DNA from: an uncultured virus (IMG/VR IMGVR_UViG_3300020599_000006)
Lineage: Duplodnaviria > Heunggongvirae > Uroviricota > Caudoviricetes
DNA length: 20,000 nucleotides
Virus record (IMG/VR): IMGVR_UViG_3300020599_000006
Strand: one strand, 5' to 3'
Shown here: one piece after another, positions 7,615 to 14,709 of the stretch
Layout: every line of letters begins with the position of its first letter
Position numbering within the stretch: position 1 is the stretch's first letter
Notes under the pieces: model-generated
Told to the model about the DNA's origin: nothing
Database searches by the model: none
What the model saw: the letters and a program-made list of their open reading frames with translations, nothing else
Made by a program: the position numbers and the translations under genes

Positions 7615-9744
7615 TTAGACGGGATCGTTGTTCAGTGCATCGATCGCATCGTTCAGCGCTTGGGTCATGGAGTCGACCACCTCTTCCAGCTCAGCGCTGG
7701 TGGCGAGGGTATCGGTCACCGACTTCAGACCCGCCGGGGTGACGAACTTGGCAGTCTCGGTACCGGTCTGAGTTTCGACATCCGATGCCGTCAGATCGGC
7801 CTGAGTCTTACCGCCCAGTTTTGCGGAATCCGCAGCCTGTTCGGTCTTACCCAGTTTCTGGCCCAGCTGGGTCACCAGGGCAGCCAGCGCGTCGTCCTGA
7901 TCGGCCAGTGCATCCGCCAGCTCTTTCAGAGTGTCGTAGGCTTCCGGCGCGCCGTTGACGAGGGCGTTGATCGCATCATCCACCTTGGCCTTCAGAGCCA
8001 GCGCAGTGATGTATTTCTCGTCGTCAGTACCAGCGATTGCCTCAGCCGAGGAAGCCTTCTTGGCAATGAAGCCGTCGATGGCATCACGCAGGGTCTTCAG
8101 GGTTTCGTCGGCATCGCCACCGTCGATAAAGCGATCGACCAGTTCACTGTTCGCCGCAGCGACCGCCGTATTTACGAAGTCCTGGGTCGCCATCGTGCCC
8201 CAGCTGGGGCGCATTGACCCACCGCCGTTCGAGGCGTAGCTGCCGTAATGGTACAGCGTGACGTTGGAGACCCCGTCAGCGGAGGCATTCCCGAGGATCT
8301 GGACCTTGCGAGAGACTTCCACCCCACCTGGCAGTTTCTTCGACGGCACGATCCAAACGGTCATCACGCCGGATTCGTTGCCCGTGAGTCCGGGAATTTC
8401 CGGCCAGACCGCGCTCAGGTCGGGAATTTCACCCGTGTAGACACCCGTGGGAATGGTAGCCCAGTTCCAGGAAATGTCCTGTACAAAGGCCCTGTACGGA
8501 TCTTGGGTAAAGTCCACCAGTGCCGTGCTGGCCGGGATATCGGACAGGATGTCGGCCTTGGCATCAGCGTAGGTCTTACCGTCGAACTTGGCGCTGTCAG
8601 CGGCCTGTTCCTGTTTACCGAGTTTACCGTCCAGGTCAGCACGCAGGCTGCTCAGGGTGTCGGTATTCGGCGTACCGCCGCTACCTGCCAGGGTGAAGAG
8701 GTTGACCCAGGTATCGGGGCTGGTTTCCACCTCGATTAGGGCATCGAGGTTGGTGAGGTCGTAGTTCGGGTAATCACCGCGCACCATGAAGTACGGTGCT
8801 GCTGCACTGAACGCGAAGGTGTAGGTGTTACCCTGGGATACGTTCGACCAGTTGGCACTGGTGGGGCTGGTGGCTGCCGGGTTGGCAGTGAAGCCCACGT
8901 AGTTGTTGTTCGGACCACCCGAGGTGATGCCGTCGATACGGATACGGACGCCCTGACCTTCGGTCAGACCGGTCAGGTTCCACGCCAAACCACGGACGTT
9001 GTTGTAGGTGGCGTTGAGCATCCAGTACAGCGTATCGTCATCAGCGGGCTCGTAGCTGAAGTTCAGGCTGTCCGGGTTCGTGGCGGCGTCGTACAGGTTG
9101 ACCTGATCGAGCGTCGGACGAGCCAGCCCCAGGGCCAGGTTCAGTCCGCCACCGGTACCAGGGCCGCGCAGATCGCTGGTGACGGCGTCGATGATTTCCT
9201 GCTTGGTGCTACCGCCGAGCAGCGCGGAGTCGGCTGCTTGCTCGGTCTTGCCGAGTTTGTTGTCCAGCGCCAGCGTGATGGCGGCGATGGCATCCTGGTC
9301 ATTGGCCAGGGCGTCTGCCAGTTCCTTGAGGGTATCCAGCGCAGTGGGGGCGCCGTCGACCAGATCGGCGATTGCCTTGTCGGTGGCAGCCTTGAGGCTC
9401 AGTGCGGTGATGTACTTGCTGTCGTCGGTACCGGTGGTAGCGTCTTCAGCCGTGGCCTTGTTGGCGATGAAAGCATCCAGCGACCCCTTCAGGCCAGTCA
9501 GCGCTGCTGCCAGGGTCTGGGTGGTGCTGTTCCAGGTGACGTTATACGCACCGAAGTCGTCGGTCTTCTTGGTATAGTCCGACAGATCAGTGCCAGCGGC
9601 CGCTTGATCGATGACTTCTTGCAGGGTTTTACCGGCCAGCTTCAGCGAGTCGGGAGCCTGGCGGGTGTTGATGGCGGTGTTGACCGCAGTCGAGAGCGCT
9701 GCAATGGCTTCGACCAGCGCCTGCAACTTAGTGAGATCAGACAT
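7615..9744 (-). CDS. long tail fibre protein with duplicated shaft modules (709 aa)
   Basis: Two copies of FIA.KA....GTDD.KYITAL.LKA...LV.GAP.A.DTLKELADALA, three KLGK.EQAADSA units, and two intervening non-repetitive domains. Confidence 0.85.
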   Translation of the reverse strand: MSDLTKLQALVEAIAALSTAVNTAINTRQAPDSLKLAGKTLQEVIDQAAAGTDLSDYTKKTDDFGAYNVTWNSTTQTLAAALTGLKGSLDAFIANKATAEDATTGTDDSKYITALSLKAATDKAIADLVDGAPTALDTLKELADALANDQDAIAAITLALDNKLGKTEQAADSALLGGSTKQEIIDAVTSDLRGPGTGGGLNLALGLARPTLDQVNLYDAATNPDSLNFSYEPADDDTLYWMLNATYNNVRGLAWNLTGLTEGQGVRIRIDGITSGGPNNNYVGFTANPAATSPTSANWSNVSQGNTYTFAFSAAAPYFMVRGDYPNYDLTNLDALIEVETSPDTWVNLFTLAGSGGTPNTDTLSSLRADLDGKLGKQEQAADSAKFDGKTYADAKADILSDIPASTALVDFTQDPYRAFVQDISWNWATIPTGVYTGEIPDLSAVWPEIPGLTGNESGVMTVWIVPSKKLPGGVEVSRKVQILGNASADGVSNVTLYHYGSYASNGGGSMRPSWGTMATQDFVNTAVAAANSELVDRFIDGGDADETLKTLRDAIDGFIAKKASSAEAIAGTDDEKYITALALKAKVDDAINALVNGAPEAYDTLKELADALADQDDALAALVTQLGQKLGKTEQAADSAKLGGKTQADLTASDVETQTGTETAKFVTPAGLKSVTDTLATSAELEEVVDSMTQALNDAIDALNNDPV

Positions 9745-9747
9745 GAT

Positions 9748-10221
9748 TTACTCCATGGGTTGAAATGAAGAGGCTTGTTCATTGATGGCGTCGGTCAGGG
9801 TATCCAAGATCTGATCGATGTCAGTGTTCTTGGTATACTCCGAAGCATCCAAGCCACCCAACTTGTTCGAGTCAGCCACAGTCCCATTGCGTGCTTCATC
9901 GATAACTTCTTGCTTGGAACTTCCTTCAAGTCTTCTTGAGTTTACAGCGATGTCGGAGACACCCAGTTTCTGTTGGAGGAACTGGACGATCTCTTCTTTG
10001 GTGTAGGCGCCCACTTGGGCAGCCGTCACCTGGTTGGGGTTGTTCCTTAGCGCACCGTAGACTGCCAGCACATGGTTGATGGTAGTACGGTAGGATTTCT
10101 TTCCGTTACCACCACCATCGGCACGTGTAGCAATCGTGATCTCAATACTTTCATCACCATCAATGGTGTCCATGAGATCTAGCGCATCGATTGTTACACC
10201 ATCTTGCGGGCTAATGGACAT
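9748..10221 (-). CDS. virion / proximal tail fibre protein (157 aa)
   Basis: NPNQVTAAQVGAY fibre motif and NSRRLEG/DSNKLGG repeats; an AGGAG RBS favours the start at 10221 (MSISPQ). Confidence 0.7.
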   Translation of the reverse strand: MSISPQDGVTIDALDLMDTIDGDESIEITIATRADGGGNGKKSYRTTINHVLAVYGALRNNPNQVTAAQVGAYTKEEIVQFLQQKLGVSDIAVNSRRLEGSSKQEVIDEARNGTVADSNKLGGLDASEYTKNTDIDQILDTLTDAINEQASSFQPME

Positions 10222-10259
10222 GGGGTTACTCCTAAAAGCATAACCAATAGAGCTGGCCA

Positions 10260-10269
10260 ATGCATATCA
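10260..10269 (-). promoter_or_regulatory. putative TATG-type late promoter
   Basis: The - strand reads TGATATGCAT ~40 nt before the fibre operon, after a terminator; an identical 10-mer is at 11890-11899 (+). phiKZ late promoters have a TATG core. Confidence 0.4.
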
Positions 10270-10304
10270 TCGACTGTATTTTTTAACAGCAAACCTTATA
10301 TAAG

Positions 10305-10340
10305 CGGCATAAAAGGATAGGGCAGTACACCCTATCCTTT
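10305..10340 (-). terminator. hairpin followed by TATGCCG
   Basis: AAAGGATAGGG-CAGTACA-CCCTATCCTTT (10312-10340); the - strand reads stem then TATGCCG, just after the stop at 10354. Confidence 0.75.
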
Positions 10341-10353
10341 AGGAAACAAAGGG

Positions 10354-10875
10354 TTACTGGACCATAACGGTGGCACCACCGGGAAGGTACAGACCATCCA
10401 AGAGGGTAACAGGGATTACTTCAGAGAGGTCGATGTCAATGTCTTTGAAGACGACTTCCAGCTCTCCCACGAATGCGATCGACCCAGGAGCGAACTTGAG
10501 ACGGTAAGTATGGGGAAACTCCGTGACAGGCTCGATGTCCTCAACGATGATATCACTTTCCACTAAGGACAGTGCATAGCGAGTGTTCAGCCGCGCCATC
10601 ACCTCCAATGAATTGACGATATCCGTCCCTGGGATGTCAATCTCGGTGATCCCAGCGGCCAAGAAGGCAGGGAGTAGTTCAATACGGGTGTAGAAGACGG
10701 TGGTGCTCCCGTAGTAAGGGCTGTCTTCAGCAGCGGTCAGCTCCAGCTGAGTGTTAGCATCCTGTCTGTCCGCTACGGTAGGAGTGCCGAAAAGTAGTTC
10801 CTCCATCTTGAACTGGATCACGTTCACGCGATTGATTGCGTCGAGGAGTAACTCGGCTGCACTTTTCGCAGACAT
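10354..10875 (-). CDS. jumbo-phage virion structural protein
   Basis: The pattern LLLDAINRVN...FGTP...NT.....A...Y.G...V.Y.R..L...LN.RY.L.L...D...SIAFVG...LSEVI....LDGL resembles paralogous virion proteins of phiKZ-like phages. Start uncertain (10875-10890). Confidence 0.6.
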   Translation of the reverse strand: MSAKSAAELLLDAINRVNVIQFKMEELLFGTPTVADRQDANTQLELTAAEDSPYYGSTTVFYTRIELLPAFLAAGITEIDIPGTDIVNSLEVMARLNTRYALSLVESDIIVEDIEPVTEFPHTYRLKFAPGSIAFVGELEVVFKDIDIDLSEVIPVTLLDGLYLPGGATVMVQ

Positions 10876-10969
10876 CACATTCATCTCCATAACTGTGTGG
10901 GGGCATATGATCGCCCCACGTTAAAAAGTAAAGGAAAATGAGACCCTATGACTAGGGCAGGGACTCTAC

Positions 10970-11272
10970 ATGAAAATCATCAAGGCTGACACCATCGAAA
11001 CGCATCTGTCGCTTAAACCCAACCAAGAAGAACTGACGTTAGGTCAGCGTGAGTTGATTGCACTGACCTTTGGCACCGAGCTGTTGTCGACCATGCTCGC
11101 GCGAGTCCATGAAGCATTTACACCCAAGCGTAAAGGGGTGCAGGTGGAACCCTACTTTTTCTGCAACATGGAGTTCCCACGCAAGAGAGGATTCGGGGAG
11201 GCTTTCGTGAAAGTGCTCGACAACGCTAATGTGCCTAAACGTGTTGGCGAAGATTGGCGTTGTTTCTACTGA
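10970..11272 (+). CDS. hypothetical protein (100 aa)
   Basis: AGGGA RBS; divergent from the structural module. Confidence 0.75.
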   Translation: MKIIKADTIETHLSLKPNQEELTLGQRELIALTFGTELLSTMLARVHEAFTPKRKGVQVEPYFFCNMEFPRKRGFGEAFVKVLDNANVPKRVGEDWRCFY

Positions 11273-11319
11273 CACGTAAAAAATAAACTCAATAGCCTCT
11301 AATATGCGGAGACATTCTC

Positions 11320-11661
11320 GTGAGTCTTATCATCACGAATCCCGAGCAAGAAAAGCAAAATCGCGAGATGGTGATTTTCATTCTTCGCTCGAAGACCATC
11401 GAGCACACCTCCATCTGGCCTGAGTTCCAGAAAAAGATGCTGGCCACTAACCACCCCAAGGCCACACGCCGTAGGGGAGCTGTGGCGCTGGAGGTATACA
11501 ACAGCATCGAGAATCGCACGTACTACGAGGCCAGCGACCTGGCAGAAGTCATGAACAAGTGGTTCGATGACCAGGGGGTTCCACGCCCACCGGAAGCGGC
11601 CATCAACCACATGTTACAACAACACCACGACCGGGCTCGGAAAGCTGGCGTAAAACTCTGA
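11320..11661 (+). CDS. hypothetical protein (113 aa)
   Basis: GTG start preceded by GGAGA; codon usage like neighbouring genes. Confidence 0.8.
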   Translation: MSLIITNPEQEKQNREMVIFILRSKTIEHTSIWPEFQKKMLATNHPKATRRRGAVALEVYNSIENRTYYEASDLAEVMNKWFDDQGVPRPPEAAINHMLQQHHDRARKAGVKL

Positions 11662-11685
11662 CCAAGAAGGTCAGTAAGGGAATAG

Positions 11686-11850
11686 ATGACGAGACTCTTC
11701 TTTGTGTGGCTGTGGGTGATACTGGTTAAACGTCTGCTGCTATGGACCTTCATGGTGACGCTGGTGGATGCGGTACTCCCCGAGAGCAGTCATGCATCGG
11801 CGATCAACTCGGCCGTGATGCCGTACACCGCACTGCGATGGGCAGTGTAG
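11686..11850 (+). CDS. small hydrophobic protein (54 aa; not in the ORF track)
   Basis: AAGGGA then ATG; MTRLFFVWLWVILVKRLLLWTFMVTLVDAVLPESSHASAINSAVMPYTALRWAV*. Confidence 0.45.
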   Translation: MTRLFFVWLWVILVKRLLLWTFMVTLVDAVLPESSHASAINSAVMPYTALRWAV

Positions 11851-11895
11851 GACATGGCAAAAACCGTCCACCACGAGTTTTTGATTGCTTGATAT

Positions 11896-12400
11896 GCATA
11901 GAAGCTCACTTTGGGCTCTGATTGGCCAGCTTATTAGCCAGTCCACATGGGTGATCTCCATCTACCTACAGGGGTGGATTCACTCGGGCAGCGGTAAGCC
12001 AGTTGAACAGATGATTCCCAACACGTCCCGGACACACGGCAAGGGGCCGTGGAGGTCGGGGCGACATCGCCCCTGGATTGAGGCCTTCTTCCCCACACGT
12101 TGGGCGATTCTTATATCACCTCAGTCCAAAAAACTTCGCACTGGCTATAGGCCGGTAATGAGGGATGAGAATCCCCGCCGCTTCCTGGATTCGAGTTTCT
12201 CGAATCCTCGAGGTCGTTGAACAGATGAGTGGCCGTTCGTCAATGTGATGATAGGCAGTGCTTGCCCACTGCTTACCCTTCCGCACCTATCCGTACTGTC
12301 AGGGGATATTTGACCCCTGATCGTCTGATAGGGCCGTGGGGCTTGAACAAACGGCCGTTTATCCACTCCACTAAAAATGTGGGTAGCACCTGAGTGCGCC
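11896..12400 (+). ncRNA. candidate large structured non-coding RNA of unknown class
   Basis: No credible ORF; more than 10 stem-loops and at least 3 long-range helices; G-U pairs favour the + strand; one GAGA tetraloop; exact repeat GTTGAACAGATGA twice. Boundaries approximate. Confidence 0.6.
12002..12228 (+). repeat. exact 13-nt direct repeat GTTGAACAGATGA
   Basis: Copies at 12002-12014 and 12216-12228; partial third copy TTGAACA at 12343-12349. Confidence 0.9.
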
Positions 12401-12418
12401 TAACATCAAGGAATCGTA

Positions 12419-13222
12419 ATGGAAATCGAACTGTACCGTGACGAACACATTCGCGTTTATGCCCTTAAAGAGAAACGCGAATACCTGACCAGTCTGCGTC
12501 AGCACAGCAACCTATGGCTCCCTGAAGAGAGCGACGCAGGTGGCGTGCGTGAGGATGGTCCTGAGGAATACTACGTCAAGCACCGTAACGTCTTCCTCGA
12601 ATACCTTACCCCTGAGAAAGGTCCACTGAAGTACGCACCGGATCGCTACCCGACCCATGTAGCCATCCTGACCATCCAGGGTTACCAGGCCCATTTCGGT
12701 AAGAGTATCGTACTAACTGAGGAGCTGTTTAAGCGCTTCCGGTTGGTGATCGAACATGAAACCAACCTGGTCTTCACCGGATCGAGCCTCAATACCCAGT
12801 TCCATAAATCACCATTTACCATTTATCTGCCAAATGGGATGCTGATGACGACCGGACAGGTCAACTACCGACCATTGGAACTGCTGATGACGGGTGAGAT
12901 CACGGTTGTTCGTAATAGCCGTCGCTACGGCTTTGCTATCACAGCACGCCATGGCGCTGCTTTGTCGCCGTTTGATATCAACGGCGAGAATGGCGAAAGA
13001 ATCAAACATGAAATCCTTTCGCACATCAAGTTGATTTTCCCAGAGTGGGCCGCAAACACTAAGCTTACACTAAGGACCAGTAACCCTTACAGTGCCACTG
13101 GTCAGCGCATAGCGCACACGCTCTGGGCAGATGGCGTGGGACCTGAGAATGCTATCCACGATGTAAATCAGGTAACCGCCCGTGCCATCGCCGATGATCC
13201 GAAGGTCTGGTCGGCTAATTAA
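12419..13222 (+). CDS. hypothetical protein (267 aa)
   Basis: AAGGA RBS, long ORF, ends at a UUCG hairpin. Confidence 0.85.
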   Translation: MEIELYRDEHIRVYALKEKREYLTSLRQHSNLWLPEESDAGGVREDGPEEYYVKHRNVFLEYLTPEKGPLKYAPDRYPTHVAILTIQGYQAHFGKSIVLTEELFKRFRLVIEHETNLVFTGSSLNTQFHKSPFTIYLPNGMLMTTGQVNYRPLELLMTGEITVVRNSRRYGFAITARHGAALSPFDINGENGERIKHEILSHIKLIFPEWAANTKLTLRTSNPYSATGQRIAHTLWADGVGPENAIHDVNQVTARAIADDPKVWSAN

Positions 13223-13225
13223 TGG

Positions 13226-13255
13226 CAGGGGTCTTCGGACCCCTGACTTATGCCG
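13226..13255 (+). terminator. cUUCGg hairpin followed by TATGCCG
   Basis: CAGGGGTC-TTCG-GACCCCTG-ACT-TATGCCG immediately after the stop at 13222. Confidence 0.8.
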
Positions 13256-13267
13256 ATTCCAATAAAG

Positions 13268-13283
13268 TTCAGTGATACATTAC
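13268..13283 (+). promoter_or_regulatory. putative phage early promoter motif
   Basis: TTCAGTGATACATTAC; TACATTAC is one mismatch from the phiKZ early consensus TATATTAC, and the site matches 1907-1919. Confidence 0.55.
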
Positions 13284-13414
13284 CGCACTGATGTCCTAAC
13301 CATTAATTGACAGAGGAAAACTCTCTATGTCGAGCATCAGCGTAAAAACCCCGCATCTGACCCTGACTGAAATCTGCCCGGCACCCCACCTGTTGACAAG
13401 CGGAGTACAAGCTC

Positions 13415-13759
13415 ATGTCTAAACAAAACCCCACCATCACTTTCTCCACCGAACAACGCGACCCCCACCAGGGTTCCGTCGGCATCGCCTCGGACAACGA
13501 CCGTGGTTTGTTGTACTTCTACGCCGACCCGTTCATTGGTGAAGTCCCCGAACATACCGGTGAAGATCGGCGTGCCTTCGAGACCTTCATCCGTGAAGAA
13601 GCAGAGAAGCACTGGAGGATCCTGCACCCCGAAGCTAGCGATGTGCGTAGTCTGCGCATCAACTACGGCTACCGCTGGCGCAACTGCCTGGCCAAGATCG
13701 GCAAGGTAGAGAGTTACATCTTCACTAAGCCGTATGTCGGCAGTGAAGTCTCCGTCTAG
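13415..13759 (+). CDS. hypothetical protein (114 aa)
   Basis: GGAG RBS and typical codon bias. Confidence 0.8.
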   Translation: MSKQNPTITFSTEQRDPHQGSVGIASDNDRGLLYFYADPFIGEVPEHTGEDRRAFETFIREEAEKHWRILHPEASDVRSLRINYGYRWRNCLAKIGKVESYIFTKPYVGSEVSV

Positions 13760-13839
13760 TAAGACCTCACATCAGGGAGCTGAGTTTCGCTTACCTGAAT
13801 AAATCGATAGAAGTCATTGATGTGAATTGGAGTGTTACC

Positions 13840-14412
13840 ATGCAAATCATCAAACTGAAAAGCGGCACCTATGTTCCTGGCCTGGGGCTGGTCTCCATCC
13901 CCGTTGGCATCAGTCGCTCCAATGCGACTAGCAAACGTGGCGGTGGTTGGATACTGAGCTACTCGATGTTCCCGGATGCTCAGTTCCATTGGTTCTCCGA
14001 CTACGCATGGGGTACTGTGGGTGCTGCTCTTCAGGCTTGCATTGCTGAGTTGCAGAAAGAGCAACGTGCTGAAGAGATCACCATTGGTCGCCGCCTGGAG
14101 ACCGCTGAGCGTATCAACAAGCAGCTGAAGCTCGATAGCCCTGGTATCTGCTACATCGAGTACGAACTCAAACCGGGCTATTGGGTGCATCGCTTCGGTG
14201 TTAGCAACCCATTGACCAATCGCCCTCATTCGGTGTACATCGGTAACGATAACACCTACGAGGATAACTGGGACAAGGCGCTGAAGAAAGCCCGTGATCT
14301 GCGCCATGGCTTTGAGCGCGACTACACCGTTCGCAACTACTGGAGCGGTCTGTACAACACGCTGTTGAGCAAGAAGAACACTGCTAAGAAACGGGTCCCT
14401 ACGCCGGCCTAA
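13840..14412 (+). CDS. basic protein, possibly with AP2-like DNA-binding repeats
   Basis: GGAG RBS before ATG 13840; two GI...beta...helix units (FSDYAWGTVGAALQAC; VYIG...DKALKKARDLR). ORF solid, function weak. Confidence 0.6.
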   Translation: MQIIKLKSGTYVPGLGLVSIPVGISRSNATSKRGGGWILSYSMFPDAQFHWFSDYAWGTVGAALQACIAELQKEQRAEEITIGRRLETAERINKQLKLDSPGICYIEYELKPGYWVHRFGVSNPLTNRPHSVYIGNDNTYEDNWDKALKKARDLRHGFERDYTVRNYWSGLYNTLLSKKNTAKKRVPTPA

Positions 14413-14413
14413 G

Positions 14414-14444
14414 CAGCATAAGGGGCAGGGTCTTCGGACCCTGC
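14414..14444. terminator. cUUCGg hairpin preceded by CAGCATA (TATGCTG on the - strand)
   Basis: GCAGGGTC-TTCG-GACCCTGC at 14425-14444 after the stop at 14412; nearly identical to the 13226 hairpin. Confidence 0.65.
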
Positions 14445-14475
14445 TGCCTACCCTTCATTTTTAAACAAAACCGAG

Positions 14476-14709
14476 TTGTCTATGGATAGCTACATCATCC
14501 CGTTTGTACTCATTTCCTGCATCATGACCGTGATCACTGCGGTGGTGGTGTATTGGTCCACTCGTTCGTGGGTGGAGAAGCACGTGTTCTTCCCGCAGTA
14601 TGAAATGCTATTGGCTCACATTACTCGCTGTGGGTTGATCTACCCGGCTGTGTCCGTGTATTGGTACGCCGGGCTTTATTTCATCATGACAAAAGGATAT
14701 TTGGGATGA
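14476..14709 (+). CDS. small membrane protein
   Basis: Two hydrophobic stretches; start at 14476 or 14482; ATGA overlap with the next gene. Confidence 0.65.
   Translation: MSMDSYIIPFVLISCIMTVITAVVVYWSTRSWVEKHVFFPQYEMLLAHITRCGLIYPAVSVYWYAGLYFIMTKGYLG

Noticed and set aside
7660..9768. Long + strand ORFs (7660-8217, 8248-8739, 9179-9577, 9238-9768) and similar ones at 2914-3393 and 6307-6867
   Set aside because: They are antisense shadows of codon-biased fibre genes, with no RBS and no protein-like motifs.
2902..10221. Invertase shufflon or diversity-generating retroelement acting on the fibre genes
   Set aside because: No recombinase or reverse transcriptase in the window, all cassettes are co-oriented, and repeat differences are mostly synonymous rather than adenine-specific.
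11885..12220. 111-aa + strand ORF across the structured region
   Set aside because: TTG start without an RBS and Arg/Pro/Ser/Trp-rich composition; RNA structure explains the sequence better, though translation is not excluded.
11890..12400. tmRNA, RNase P RNA, tRNA, group II intron, CRISPR array or CsrB/RsmZ-like sponge as the identity of the structured region
   Set aside because: No acceptor stem with T-loop and CCA, no GAGGAAAGUCC, no domain V motif, repeats too short and irregular for CRISPR, and most GGA triplets sit in stems rather than loops.
13288..13340. Possible hammerhead ribozyme (CTGATG ... GAAA)
   Set aside because: The core reads CTGATGT rather than CTGANGA, and the stem arrangement does not fit.
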